Positions 9,644 to 18,039 of a stretch of DNA of 28,418 nt are shown in pieces. The notes beneath the pieces are model-generated. The model saw only the letters and a program-made list of their open reading frames with translations, was not told the origin of the DNA and made no database searches. Every line of letters starts with the position of its first letter. The stretch's first letter is position 1. Where the stretch lies: IMG/VR virus record IMGVR_UViG_3300033562_000553, positions 1 to 28,418 of that record; one strand, 5' to 3'. Both the position numbers and the translations under genes were made by a program. The DNA is from a virus (Duplodnaviria; Caudoviricetes).

Positions 9644-10273
9644 ATGGCTATTGATCATACTGGATTAAACGGTATCCCACTTTTCCCATATGAATCAAAC
9701 TGGGCAACAAACCCGTCTATCAAGTTAACCCCTCGTAAACAGATAGTTGGATTTCCTGGGACTTCACAAGATCTTACAAGTTTAAGTCAAAGTATAAGAA
9801 TGGATCTTCAAATTGAACTTCTTTTTAATACAAAGATTATAGAAAAGACATTCTTTGATTTCTTTGATGCGAGAAAAGGAAGATTAGAAAGGTTTTGGAT
9901 TAAAAAACCTTTGGTAAATTATTCTTTATATGCAACATGTTTGACCACAGCACCAACAATAGACATTAACAGTTCTGATTTAGATTTGACATATAGGGGT
10001 CATGAGAGAATATTTATTGATCATCTTAATGGAAATTCATGCATTAAACATATAACAGATTTAGCCGTAAACACGAGCCCAGACTATTTAACGCTAACAC
10101 TTGATGCAGTAGTTACGGACACCTGGATTGTTGGAGATCCTCAAATAAGAATGGGACAAGTGAAGCTTGTTCGATTTGATCAAGATGATCTTGTTGTTGA
10201 CTACACAACAGATAGAGTTAGCAAAGTAACATTGAAAATGGTAGAGCTTATTTACGAATATGCGGAGATATAG
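9644..10273 (+). CDS. DUF2460-like distal tail protein
   Basis: FFDARKGRLERFW and VRFDQDDL motifs; lies immediately upstream of the DUF2163-like gene. Confidence 0.75.
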   Translation: MAIDHTGLNGIPLFPYESNWATNPSIKLTPRKQIVGFPGTSQDLTSLSQSIRMDLQIELLFNTKIIEKTFFDFFDARKGRLERFWIKKPLVNYSLYATCLTTAPTIDINSSDLDLTYRGHERIFIDHLNGNSCIKHITDLAVNTSPDYLTLTLDAVVTDTWIVGDPQIRMGQVKLVRFDQDDLVVDYTTDRVSKVTLKMVELIYEYAEI

Positions 10274-10275
10274 TT

Positions 10276-11064
10276 ATGACAACAGTTGCTGAAAATAACG
10301 CTTTAACACAACAGATAGCATACCCGGAAATATACACTTTTTATGCTGGTTCAGTCTATTCAAGGTTTACTTCCTGGAATGAAGATATCACTATCGGTTC
10401 TTTTGTTTACTTGGCAAGACCAATTAAACGTTCAGGATTCACGCAAGACACCCAAATGGGAAAAACAACCGTAGATATATCAGCCGCAGTTTTAACAACA
10501 TTTTTACAGTATCTTTCAACAGCTCCAATTGCCCCGGTCACTGTAACAATAACCCGTTTGGTGCTTGATGATTTCACACAGTCTATAGTTTTATTTACAG
10601 GTCAAGTGTTAGGTGTCACTTTTAAAGATCGTACAGTATCTGCAAGATGTGAAGCAAATTCTAGTTTGTTTAATGTATTGATACCGAAAATAATTTGTAA
10701 ACCAAATTGCAACCATAAATTTTGTGATGCCGGTTGTGGATTGACACTTGCATCTTACGAATTAGAATCTACTGTTTCTGCTGTTTCTGGAAATAGTCTC
10801 ACAATAAATGGATTACTGGCAACAGGGCATTCGTATGCCACAGGGTACGTCCTTCTTGGGGAGGACTCCAGGTTTATTACAAAACAAACAAATGACACTA
10901 TTTTTCTTCACATGGCGTTTTCTTCAATAGCATCTGGAGACACCGTAATAGTTTATCCTGGATGTGATGGGTCTTACGCATCATGTACACTTTACGGAAA
11001 CCTACCTAAATTCCAAGGTATGCTAACAATTCCACAGAGAAATCCAACGTTGTACGGAGTATAA
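10276..11064 (+). CDS. DUF2163/BR0599-family tail hub protein (gpL-like, Cys cluster)
   Basis: CKPNCNHKFCDAGC...PGCDGSYASC...NLPKFQGMLTIPQRNP signature. Confidence 0.9.
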   Translation: MTTVAENNALTQQIAYPEIYTFYAGSVYSRFTSWNEDITIGSFVYLARPIKRSGFTQDTQMGKTTVDISAAVLTTFLQYLSTAPIAPVTVTITRLVLDDFTQSIVLFTGQVLGVTFKDRTVSARCEANSSLFNVLIPKIICKPNCNHKFCDAGCGLTLASYELESTVSAVSGNSLTINGLLATGHSYATGYVLLGEDSRFITKQTNDTIFLHMAFSSIASGDTVIVYPGCDGSYASCTLYGNLPKFQGMLTIPQRNPTLYGV

Positions 11065-11065
11065 T

Positions 11066-11566
11066 ATGGAATATTTTTCTTATCAGACTAATATAGATAG
11101 TTTCTTGAAAATAATGGAGTCGTGGTACGGTACACCATACATGCATGGAAAAGCCGTGAAAGGACGTGGTGTTGACTGTACGCTACTAATAGGAGAGTGT
11201 TTGAAGGAAGCCAAAATTTTAACTGAGGTCAAACATGTTTTCTACCCAGAAGATTGGGTAGCGCATACCCTTCATCAGTTTCTTTTAGAATCATTATATA
11301 ATCACTGGATTAATTATGTTGCTGATGGTTTTCAGTTTGCAGAGTACAAGTATACTTCTAGTTTTGAATTTATGTTTGGTGATATAATTGTTCTTAAAAT
11401 GAGTGGCAGAGAGTGGCTTTGTACACATGCTGTAATATATCTCGGAAATAATCAGGTAGTTCAAAGTATACAGAATAGAGAAGTTGGACCAATGCAGTTT
11501 GGTAGTTTTTATACTAAAAGAATATATAATATCTTTAGAATCGAAAAGAGGGACGTATGGGAATAG
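11066..11566 (+). CDS. NlpC/P60 tail-associated peptidase (gpK-like)
   Basis: WYGTPYMH...GVDC (catalytic Cys) and HAVIYLG (catalytic His). Confidence 0.92.
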   Translation: MEYFSYQTNIDSFLKIMESWYGTPYMHGKAVKGRGVDCTLLIGECLKEAKILTEVKHVFYPEDWVAHTLHQFLLESLYNHWINYVADGFQFAEYKYTSSFEFMFGDIIVLKMSGREWLCTHAVIYLGNNQVVQSIQNREVGPMQFGSFYTKRIYNIFRIEKRDVWE

Positions 11567-13911
11567 CAATTGCCATTGGGCTTAGTATTGTAGCCGTTTT
11601 ATCCGTTGGTTATGGAATGTACACAGTTTCCCAGATGAAAGGAATTACACCAACAGTTACCAACATGCAGCCCAATTCAGTAGATTCTTTTCAAGTGACA
11701 AAAGTAACAGAAGGAATTGTTGTACCAGCAATTTACGGCAGGGTGAGGGTGTCAGGAAACATTCTATGGTACGGAAATCTTGTAGCAATAGAAAACTATT
11801 CGTCACAAACAAGTGAGGTACAGGACGGGAAATCCACAAAAACTGTAGTTCAATCGTATATCTCTTCATATACGTACTTTCTCAGTGTGTGGCAATTATT
11901 GTGTGAAGGTCCGGCGACACTCATTTCCACTTGGGTTAATGATAACTTGCAAAGTCTTCCAGGAAATACACCAGAGGTATTCGCATCTGGAGTAGATAAT
12001 CCGTCAACGGTTTCACCTCCCAACTCATACATAAAAAGTCTTGAAGGCATTTGCTGGATTTATATGCACTCTCTAAGACTTGGCGTAAATTCTACATCAG
12101 TTCAGACACTTCATTTTTTGGTTGAAAGTCTTCCTACAATACCATTTATAGGTGGTGATAGATATTGTACAACTGGAATTAATCCATCATATCTTGTTTA
12201 TTGTTTACTTATTAAAGCTGGTGCCACAACATCTCAGATGAACCTACCATCATTCATAGCTGCGTCAGGATATTGGGGAAGAAAAAATTATGGGTTGAAT
12301 ATTTCTTTAACCGCACAAGCTCCATTACGCGAACAGATTAAATATGTCCTTTCGTTTGTGGGGGGTTATTTCGGTGTTGATAGTGAGAACAAATTTAGAC
12401 TAAAAGCTTTTGATGGCGCAGAAGAGGCCGTAGCTAACCTTGTTAAAGAAGACTTTATCGACTTTCAATTTTCCAGAAAGTCTTGGCAAGACACACATAA
12501 CACATTCACAGGAAATCTCATTGATGAAACAATGAGTCATACAAAAAGAACAGTTTCCATAACTAATGTTTCAAATGTAGAAATACAAGGCCTTGTTAAA
12601 CCTATGTCAGTTGATTTGTCGGCTTTCAGAGATAGAACATTAGCTGAGCAACGTTTGTGGGAGATCATGAAAGAAAATAGCTATCCGGCTTCAACTGTTT
12701 CCTACTCAACATTTCTTGATAAAGCGTTTCTTGAAATTGGTGATGTTGTTACAATAGCCCATGAAGATCTTGGCATGACTGCTACTTACTACAGAATAAT
12801 TTCTAAGGGTATGGGAGAAATTGATGATAACAAATTAACTTGGGTTGCCGCTCAAGTTGTAGAAAGATTGTTTGACGATAACTTTGTTATTACTTCTGGA
12901 TCCACATGGATAGAACCGGACCACAATCCAGTAGCATCATCTGTTGCACGAATCTTTGAATGGCCTTTAACGTACGATTATTCTAATTCCTATCCTTGCT
13001 GGATAATTTTGGCAACTAAAGGTGGATCAGGTGAGATTGGTGTTGAAGTACTAACATCATCAACAATTGATGGTGGGTACATAAGTCAGGGAGTTTTTCC
13101 GAATTACAGTAGATACTCTACTTTATACGATACATATCCAATAACAAACGTAATTGACGATTCAGAAACAGGCATGATAGTTACACCAACTGTCCTTGCT
13201 GCGGCATTCCCAGAATTTTCTGATGTATCAAGGACTGATCTGTTTGCTTTACAAAATAGTAGGTTGCTCCTTGTAGATGATGAGATTATGACGTATCAGA
13301 CAGCCACACCAGTTTACACGGGAAGTTACAGGCTACAAGGAGTTATCAGAGGACTTTACGGAACGGTGGTCACTTCACATGGTGCCGGGGCATCGGTATG
13401 GTTGTTTCAATTAAATGGTACAACCTGGCATAGTGGTGCAGCTACGAGTTTTTATACGAAGCTTTATCCTTCAACGGCTACCATGAAATATACACTTGGT
13501 GCAGCTATTCATGTTACTGGTGTAAACAAGGCAGCAAAACCATGGCCAGTGCCGAACGTTAAAGTGACACGAACAAATGGTGATAGACTTCTTGCAGAAT
13601 GGTGGCCAGTTACTAAAACCTATGATGGTGCTGGCTTTTCTGATCCTGGTGACGTATCTGATCCAAATTGGGCGCTGTCTGATATGTATCCAATGTTGTA
13701 TGACGGGTGTTTTATGTATAGTACAGACGGTGTCACTTGGTATGTTGTTCCAGATCCTGGGGTTACACCAATTACCGGAATATTTGATCCATTTGTATCA
13801 TTTATTCTCGGTGGGGCTTTCAATTTTTATTTAAGGAATGCTGTTAACGGGGTTTGTAGTGATGTTACTACTGTTGCTGTTGGAGCACCTGATGGTGTTT
13901 ACAAAAATTAA
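11557..13911 (+). CDS. Tail tip / central tail protein (gpJ-like, GTA baseplate-like)
   Basis: EGIVVPAIYGRVRVSGNILWYG, NPSYLVY, LEIGDVV and LLVDDEIM...L.GVIRGLYGT...H.AGASVW motifs. Confidence 0.9.
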   Translation: MGIAIAIGLSIVAVLSVGYGMYTVSQMKGITPTVTNMQPNSVDSFQVTKVTEGIVVPAIYGRVRVSGNILWYGNLVAIENYSSQTSEVQDGKSTKTVVQSYISSYTYFLSVWQLLCEGPATLISTWVNDNLQSLPGNTPEVFASGVDNPSTVSPPNSYIKSLEGICWIYMHSLRLGVNSTSVQTLHFLVESLPTIPFIGGDRYCTTGINPSYLVYCLLIKAGATTSQMNLPSFIAASGYWGRKNYGLNISLTAQAPLREQIKYVLSFVGGYFGVDSENKFRLKAFDGAEEAVANLVKEDFIDFQFSRKSWQDTHNTFTGNLIDETMSHTKRTVSITNVSNVEIQGLVKPMSVDLSAFRDRTLAEQRLWEIMKENSYPASTVSYSTFLDKAFLEIGDVVTIAHEDLGMTATYYRIISKGMGEIDDNKLTWVAAQVVERLFDDNFVITSGSTWIEPDHNPVASSVARIFEWPLTYDYSNSYPCWIILATKGGSGEIGVEVLTSSTIDGGYISQGVFPNYSRYSTLYDTYPITNVIDDSETGMIVTPTVLAAAFPEFSDVSRTDLFALQNSRLLLVDDEIMTYQTATPVYTGSYRLQGVIRGLYGTVVTSHGAGASVWLFQLNGTTWHSGAATSFYTKLYPSTATMKYTLGAAIHVTGVNKAAKPWPVPNVKVTRTNGDRLLAEWWPVTKTYDGAGFSDPGDVSDPNWALSDMYPMLYDGCFMYSTDGVTWYVVPDPGVTPITGIFDPFVSFILGGAFNFYLRNAVNGVCSDVTTVAVGAPDGVYKN

Positions 13912-13927
13912 TTAAAGGAGATAAATC

Positions 13928-14311
13928 ATGGCAATCTTAAGTCCTTCGGGATTAGAAACAATCAGTTACCGGCAGCAAGGTTGGAATTACATTCTTACAT
14001 CTAACATGCAATTGCTTAACACTCAGTTAACAAAGTTGAGAGGACCAGTTACAGCAACAAGTGCTCTTGGAGCTCCTATAGTGGCTGATGCCGCTGCGTT
14101 AACTCAGACTGCATTAACCAACTCATCTGGTGGAACAGTAACAACAACTATTGTTCCTGTTACTTCAAATGCTATTAGTAACAATAACTTTTCCTCCATA
14201 GCTGCTGAGCTTGAATTAGCTAGAGCCGATATTATTGCATTAAGAGGAACGGTAAATGCTTTGCTTTCGGCTTTGAGGATTACTGGTGGATGTGGTGTAT
14301 TGAATGATTAA
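13928..14311 (+). CDS. Small fibre-like structural protein
   Basis: AAGGAG RBS; last gene of the late operon; VADAAALT...LRGTVNALLSALRITG resembles short trimeric head/tail fibre proteins. Confidence 0.55.
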   Translation: MAILSPSGLETISYRQQGWNYILTSNMQLLNTQLTKLRGPVTATSALGAPIVADAAALTQTALTNSSGGTVTTTIVPVTSNAISNNNFSSIAAELELARADIIALRGTVNALLSALRITGGCGVLND

Positions 14312-14343
14312 AGATTAGAATTTGATTGGTCTTTTTGACAATC

Positions 14344-14382
14344 AAAAAGGGGTTGGTTATTTCCTCCAGATCTCCAACCCCT
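14344..14382 (-). terminator. Intrinsic terminator at the convergence of the two arms
   Basis: 9-bp stem AGGGGTTGG (14348-14356) / CCAACCCCT (14374-14382) with a T run on the - strand; the 17-nt loop is unusually long. Confidence 0.55.
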
Positions 14383-14394
14383 CGCCTATGTATA

Positions 14395-14469
14395 CTAGAA
14401 CTTAACTATGAAGGTTAGCGTTATTACTATTAGCAGGAATGTTATTATGCACAAGCGATCTTCTGACAT
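14395..14469 (-). CDS. 24-aa hydrophobic membrane peptide MSEDRLCIITFLLIVITLTFIVKF
   Basis: Not in the ORF track; GAGGAG RBS upstream of ATG; single TM-like stretch. Confidence 0.55.
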   Translation of the reverse strand: MSEDRLCIITFLLIVITLTFIVKF

Positions 14470-14513
14470 TTTAGCATCTCCTCTATCTGGGTGCTGAAAA
14501 AGGTAATGATTTC

Positions 14514-14637
14514 AGTATCTTAGGGACCGTCTCCAAATTCACATTTTAAGACTATCTAAAAAGAGCCTATACGTTTATATAGGTCTATCTAAAATAGTTG
14601 AGCAGAAAGCGAAATAGGAGACCGTATTTTAGATACT
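14514..14637. repeat. Nested imperfect palindrome, copy A of a repeated intergenic element
   Basis: Co-centred arms AGTATCT/AGATACT, GTCTCC/GGAGAC, ACTAT/ATAGT and CCTATA/TATAGG, all centred at 14574-14576. Confidence 0.7.
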
Positions 14638-14643
14638 CTTGAT

Positions 14644-15462
14644 CTAAATAAGCAGTTCCGAAGAATAGAAACCTGCCGCACCTCTATGACCTCCACCCCC
14701 AAACTGTTTAGCAAGTTCTGACACATCTATTTCAGGTTTATCACAATAAAGGGTGTACTTATATTGCTTATCGCGTACTGCGTAAGCTATCATAATATCG
14801 TGTTTAGCTGGGTCATATACGCTTTTAAAAGCCAAAGAGTTAGCGTGTGACCTATTCATGGCAATCGCACGGTGTCCTTCTAACATTACATCATACGCCA
14901 TAGACTTAGCAAGATACTCGTCCTGCTGTTCTTGGTACTCAAGTATGAGTTTACCCGTTTTTAATATTCTTGGTATACCTACATCCGACGCAAACAAAGG
15001 AAACCAGAATTCCATGTTAGTAGGTTCAGTGTTTTTCTGTGCGCGCATTCCATACTGGAAAGGCACTACATCAGTATTCTTATGATCCCATACGTCATAC
15101 CTACCAAGAAGATGTACTACTTTTGGTGGTGCGTGAAGGTCGATACTAAATAACTCCCAAGCTAGCTCGCACCCTGACCTACCAACTTCTCGAAGACCTT
15201 TGATGGGTAAGTCACTTAGGCTATCTATAGAAGACTTATGATGGTCAATCCAGATAAGTGTAGCAGCGTCAAATAGTAAGAGCATCTCAGTTCTAGAGAA
15301 ACAGAAATCGACTACTACTATAGTCTCTCCAAAGCATACTAAGCTCATATCTAAAGTGTCGCTATAATCTACTCCATATAACTCGCACTCAGGGTGAAAG
15401 TACTTAACGATAGCACCGGCGCACTTGCCGTCGAAATCAGATTTATGGTAAAAGCATTTCAT
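14644..15462 (-). CDS. DHH/DHHA1-family phosphoesterase
   Basis: YHKSDFDG, VDF, IDHH, YDVW and GGGGHRGAAGF motifs. Confidence 0.93.
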   Translation of the reverse strand: MKCFYHKSDFDGKCAGAIVKYFHPECELYGVDYSDTLDMSLVCFGETIVVVDFCFSRTEMLLLFDAATLIWIDHHKSSIDSLSDLPIKGLREVGRSGCELAWELFSIDLHAPPKVVHLLGRYDVWDHKNTDVVPFQYGMRAQKNTEPTNMEFWFPLFASDVGIPRILKTGKLILEYQEQQDEYLAKSMAYDVMLEGHRAIAMNRSHANSLAFKSVYDPAKHDIMIAYAVRDKQYKYTLYCDKPEIDVSELAKQFGGGGHRGAAGFYSSELLI

Positions 15463-15625
15463 TTTGCTGGACCTCTCTCTGGCTCTCTAAAAACCAGTCA
15501 GCTATAAGTTTAAATTCTGTTGTCGGGATTGCTATTATCTGGCTAGGCGTACTAATCACTACTACTGGTGGCGCTATCTCAATACTCCTGCTCCCGAATA
15601 TGACTGAGTTATCACGCGTTGTCAT
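15443..15625 (-). CDS. Hypothetical protein
   Basis: 60-aa ORF overlapping both neighbours in the operon. Confidence 0.6.
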   Translation of the reverse strand: MTTRDNSVIFGSRSIEIAPPVVVISTPSQIIAIPTTEFKLIADWFLESQREVQQNEMLLP

Positions 15626-16010
15626 TTGCTTTCTTTCTCCTTTTCATTTCGTCATGTCTGATTTTGTATACAGTAGCCTTGTGTAAACCAAAATGTTTAG
15701 CATAGAACGCGTCTGTATGCGGTTGCTGTAAAATAGTGTTACGGATTTCATCTGTTACCTTCCAATAGTTTCTCCCCCCACTGGATTTGCGAGGCACGCC
15801 CATTTTTCTAAGATGTGCCAGTATAGCGTTTTTGGTAACGTCATACTTTCTTGCAATTTCCGCGCTACACATTTTTTGTATTATATAACACCGGTGAACG
15901 TCTTCTGAATACGTGTCGTAGGGCGAGCGCTCCAGCTTAGCCGTTATGTTGTTTACCATGTAGTCGAAACGTTTATACATTTCCTGGGGCATCGGTGTGA
16001 AGTCTGTCAT
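15612..16010 (-). CDS. Tandem helix-turn-helix protein
   Basis: Start reassigned to ATG 16010 (ATGA overlap, GGAG RBS). HTH-like segments SAEIARKYDVTKNAILAHLRKMGVP and YAKHFGLHKATVYKIR. Confidence 0.7.
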   Translation of the reverse strand: MTDFTPMPQEMYKRFDYMVNNITAKLERSPYDTYSEDVHRCYIIQKMCSAEIARKYDVTKNAILAHLRKMGVPRKSSGGRNYWKVTDEIRNTILQQPHTDAFYAKHFGLHKATVYKIRHDEMKRRKKANDNA

Positions 16011-16489
16011 TGGTCTGTCTCCTTTGTTATGGTAGTTAATACTTCTTGCGCGCTGACCCAACTATATGTTTTCCCTACTTTAACTTGATTAATTATATCA
16101 CGTGACACGCCTAACTCTCGAGCTAGTATTGTTGAAGACTTTTCTGGTTGTGCTCGAATGGCGCGAACATCTGCAGCTGTTAGCTTACCATGGTTTATAC
16201 GACCTTGTTGGTGCTTAGGTATTTTAGTACGATCGCATAGTTGTATAATGAAAGCTTTAGACTTACCAAATATAGCAGCTACTTCAGAAGAGGTCATCTT
16301 TTTTTCGACATACAACCTAGCGATAAATGTTATCAGGCAATCAGTGTCTTTCCATAAGGGGTGCTCTCGTGCTGTGGTATAGCATTCTTCGTTAAACCTG
16401 ATACCTTTGTCCCACGTTATTAGTTGTGAACACGGAATACGCCCAAGTCCAGCGACGTAAACAGTATCGATAAGTGTTGGGTCTTCCAT
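16007..16489 (-). CDS. Tandem helix-turn-helix protein
   Basis: AGGAGG RBS. TSSEVAAIFGKSKAFI and KLTAADVRAIR...LARELGVSRDIINQVKVGKTYSWV resemble the DNA-binding tails of HNH homing endonucleases. Confidence 0.75.
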   Translation of the reverse strand: MEDPTLIDTVYVAGLGRIPCSQLITWDKGIRFNEECYTTAREHPLWKDTDCLITFIARLYVEKKMTSSEVAAIFGKSKAFIIQLCDRTKIPKHQQGRINHGKLTAADVRAIRAQPEKSSTILARELGVSRDIINQVKVGKTYSWVSAQEVLTTITKETDQ

Positions 16490-16671
16490 GAACGCCTCCT
16501 TCTAAACTTTACCATTTGTCGTATATTGACGGTCTACAGTGGTACGCTGATTCACTTTGCTTTTCTATACGCCCTTTTAAAGAGTGCAGAATTGATGGAT
16601 GAACATAAAAGCATTTACTCCTAGCGTCTAAAATCAGAGCTGGCTTATACCTAACAGAAGTATATCTTTTT

Positions 16672-16919
16672 CTACATTTTACCAATGTTTGTTTTTTCCA
16701 TGTTGATCAGTTTTCTTCTCAGAGAGCTTACTTCTTGTGCTTCTTCTTTTAGTTTGTTTTACGGACATCAAATTTCACAGCTTCTTCTTTTACTATTTTA
16801 TCTAAGCAGGTTGAACATAAACAAACGTGGAAGTTGACAGTATTCTTGTTTATTATCATATTTGATGTTAATGTTGCTCCACAGTGTATACACTGGATTA
16901 TTACTGGTATCTGTATCAT
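16672..16919 (-). pseudogene. Zn-ribbon + coiled-coil protein, apparently frameshifted
   Basis: MIQIPVIIQCIHCG...CLCSTCLDKIVKEE stops at 16749; the -1 frame continues KLKEEAQEVSSLRRKLINME to TAG at 16672. Confidence 0.5.
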
Positions 16920-16926
16920 TCGTCAT

Positions 16927-17115
16927 CTACTCCTTATTTTCAACAACGATAAATTCTATATCGTCAGCAAATTCAAAATGTGTTCCATCCGGGTATTGAT
17001 TACAGATGCAACGTCCATCACTATCCGGTAAAGAAGATAAACAACACTCCATACATGAGTACTTCTCAGGGTCACTACTATCTTTAACCAGTTTAATTCT
17101 TATTTTAGATTTCAT
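16927..17115 (-). CDS. Small Cys-rich hypothetical protein
   Basis: Start reassigned to ATG 17115 (ATGA overlap); CMECC...CIC. Confidence 0.65.
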   Translation of the reverse strand: MKSKIRIKLVKDSSDPEKYSCMECCLSSLPDSDGRCICNQYPDGTHFEFADDIEFIVVENKE

Positions 17116-17327
17116 TTCCTGTTCACTGTTATAATCTCCCTTGGTATAGGTGATGTTGCCTTCCGATGTAACAAGAACCATGACTTGCAATCCATCTGAT
17201 ACGTCCACCAACGGACAACACCATCAATTACAATCCGTTTGACCCAGATAGGTGATTTTGTGATAACACCTAAATAATGAGTGGCACCTTCTGGAACATC
17301 TACTTTCACAATAATATTGATCTTCAT
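17112..17327 (-). CDS. Hypothetical protein (PEGATHY motif)
   Basis: PEGATHY motif is common in small phage proteins; translationally coupled to both neighbours. Confidence 0.7.
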   Translation of the reverse strand: MKINIIVKVDVPEGATHYLGVITKSPIWVKRIVIDGVVRWWTYQMDCKSWFLLHRKATSPIPREIITVNRK

Positions 17328-17719
17328 AAAGTTCTTTTCGATGACTGTTTTAAAGCTTTCAGATATGGGTTGTCAACGTAAAGCTCTTTGTAATCTCTAA
17401 GAAGATCATTCATATTTTCTGTTATATCAACACAAAACTTTAATTCATCAAGATTGAAGAAAATATCAGAACAGTTCTCACACATGTAATAATCAACAAG
17501 TGGGATTTCATCGCCAGATATTCTTTCTTCAATATCAGATAATGGACCTCTGAATCTTGCAAATTCGGTAATGATTTCTCCAACATTGATTATCTTTTTG
17601 CATGAACAACATTTTCTTCTTCTTGAACGCCACTTCATAGTTGAATAGTCATTTGGTGCTGTCCAATATTCACCATCGCCATCCCACTCGTCACAAGAAC
17701 ATGATAATCCCATAATCAT
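17324..17719 (-). CDS. Cys-rich putative Zn-binding protein
   Basis: LSCSC...RKCCSC...YMCENC. Confidence 0.75.
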   Translation of the reverse strand: MIMGLSCSCDEWDGDGEYWTAPNDYSTMKWRSRRRKCCSCKKIINVGEIITEFARFRGPLSDIEERISGDEIPLVDYYMCENCSDIFFNLDELKFCVDITENMNDLLRDYKELYVDNPYLKALKQSSKRTL

Positions 17720-17814
17720 TCCTTTGCTTCAGAATAACCGAGTCCAAATATAGTATCTATATTTGGGTCGTACTGCGCCTTGCATGGATCACAAACATAC
17801 ATTTCTTTTCTCAT
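17716..17814 (-). CDS. 32-aa CxxC peptide MRKEMYVCDPCKAQYDPNIDTIFGLGYSEAKE
   Basis: AGGAG RBS; ATGA overlaps at both ends; not in the ORF track. Confidence 0.55.
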   Translation of the reverse strand: MRKEMYVCDPCKAQYDPNIDTIFGLGYSEAKE

Positions 17815-18026
17815 TTTCCATTCTCCTTCAATATAAGCACTTCAGTTTTTAGCTCCTCTATTTGTTTACTACAATGTCTACAAGTAGATTTTATATTACG
17901 AGAGTCTGATCCAAACTCATTCTTTTGTTTTTCAAAATCAATTCCTTCTGAATCAGTTTCTTTTCCACAGATACCACAAGTTATTCTAACGTAAACATCA
18001 ACTCCTGGCACAGCTATAAATATCAT
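17811..18026 (-). CDS. Zn-ribbon + coiled-coil protein
   Basis: Start reassigned to ATG 18026; CGIC...CRHC followed by QIEELKTEVLIL. Confidence 0.7.
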   Translation of the reverse strand: MIFIAVPGVDVYVRITCGICGKETDSEGIDFEKQKNEFGSDSRNIKSTCRHCSKQIEELKTEVLILKENGK

Positions 18027-18039
18027 TTTCCATTCTCCT
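17811..18039. repeat. 17-bp direct repeat TCATTTTCCATTCTCCT at 17811-17827 and 18023-18039
   Basis: Exact match; the reverse complement AGGAGAATGGAAAATGA is an RBS plus ATGA stop/start overlap. Confidence 0.85.

Noticed and set aside
9636-9650. Possible frameshift splitting 8488..9642 and 9644..10273
   Set aside because: Clean stop, ATG and a purine-rich RBS indicate two genuine genes.
11440-11470. Gln in place of the usual third His in the NlpC/P60 triad
   Set aside because: Within known family variation.
16882-16895. Perfect 14-bp palindrome CAGTGTATACACTG
   Set aside because: Single copy inside coding sequence (QCIHC); chance is plausible.
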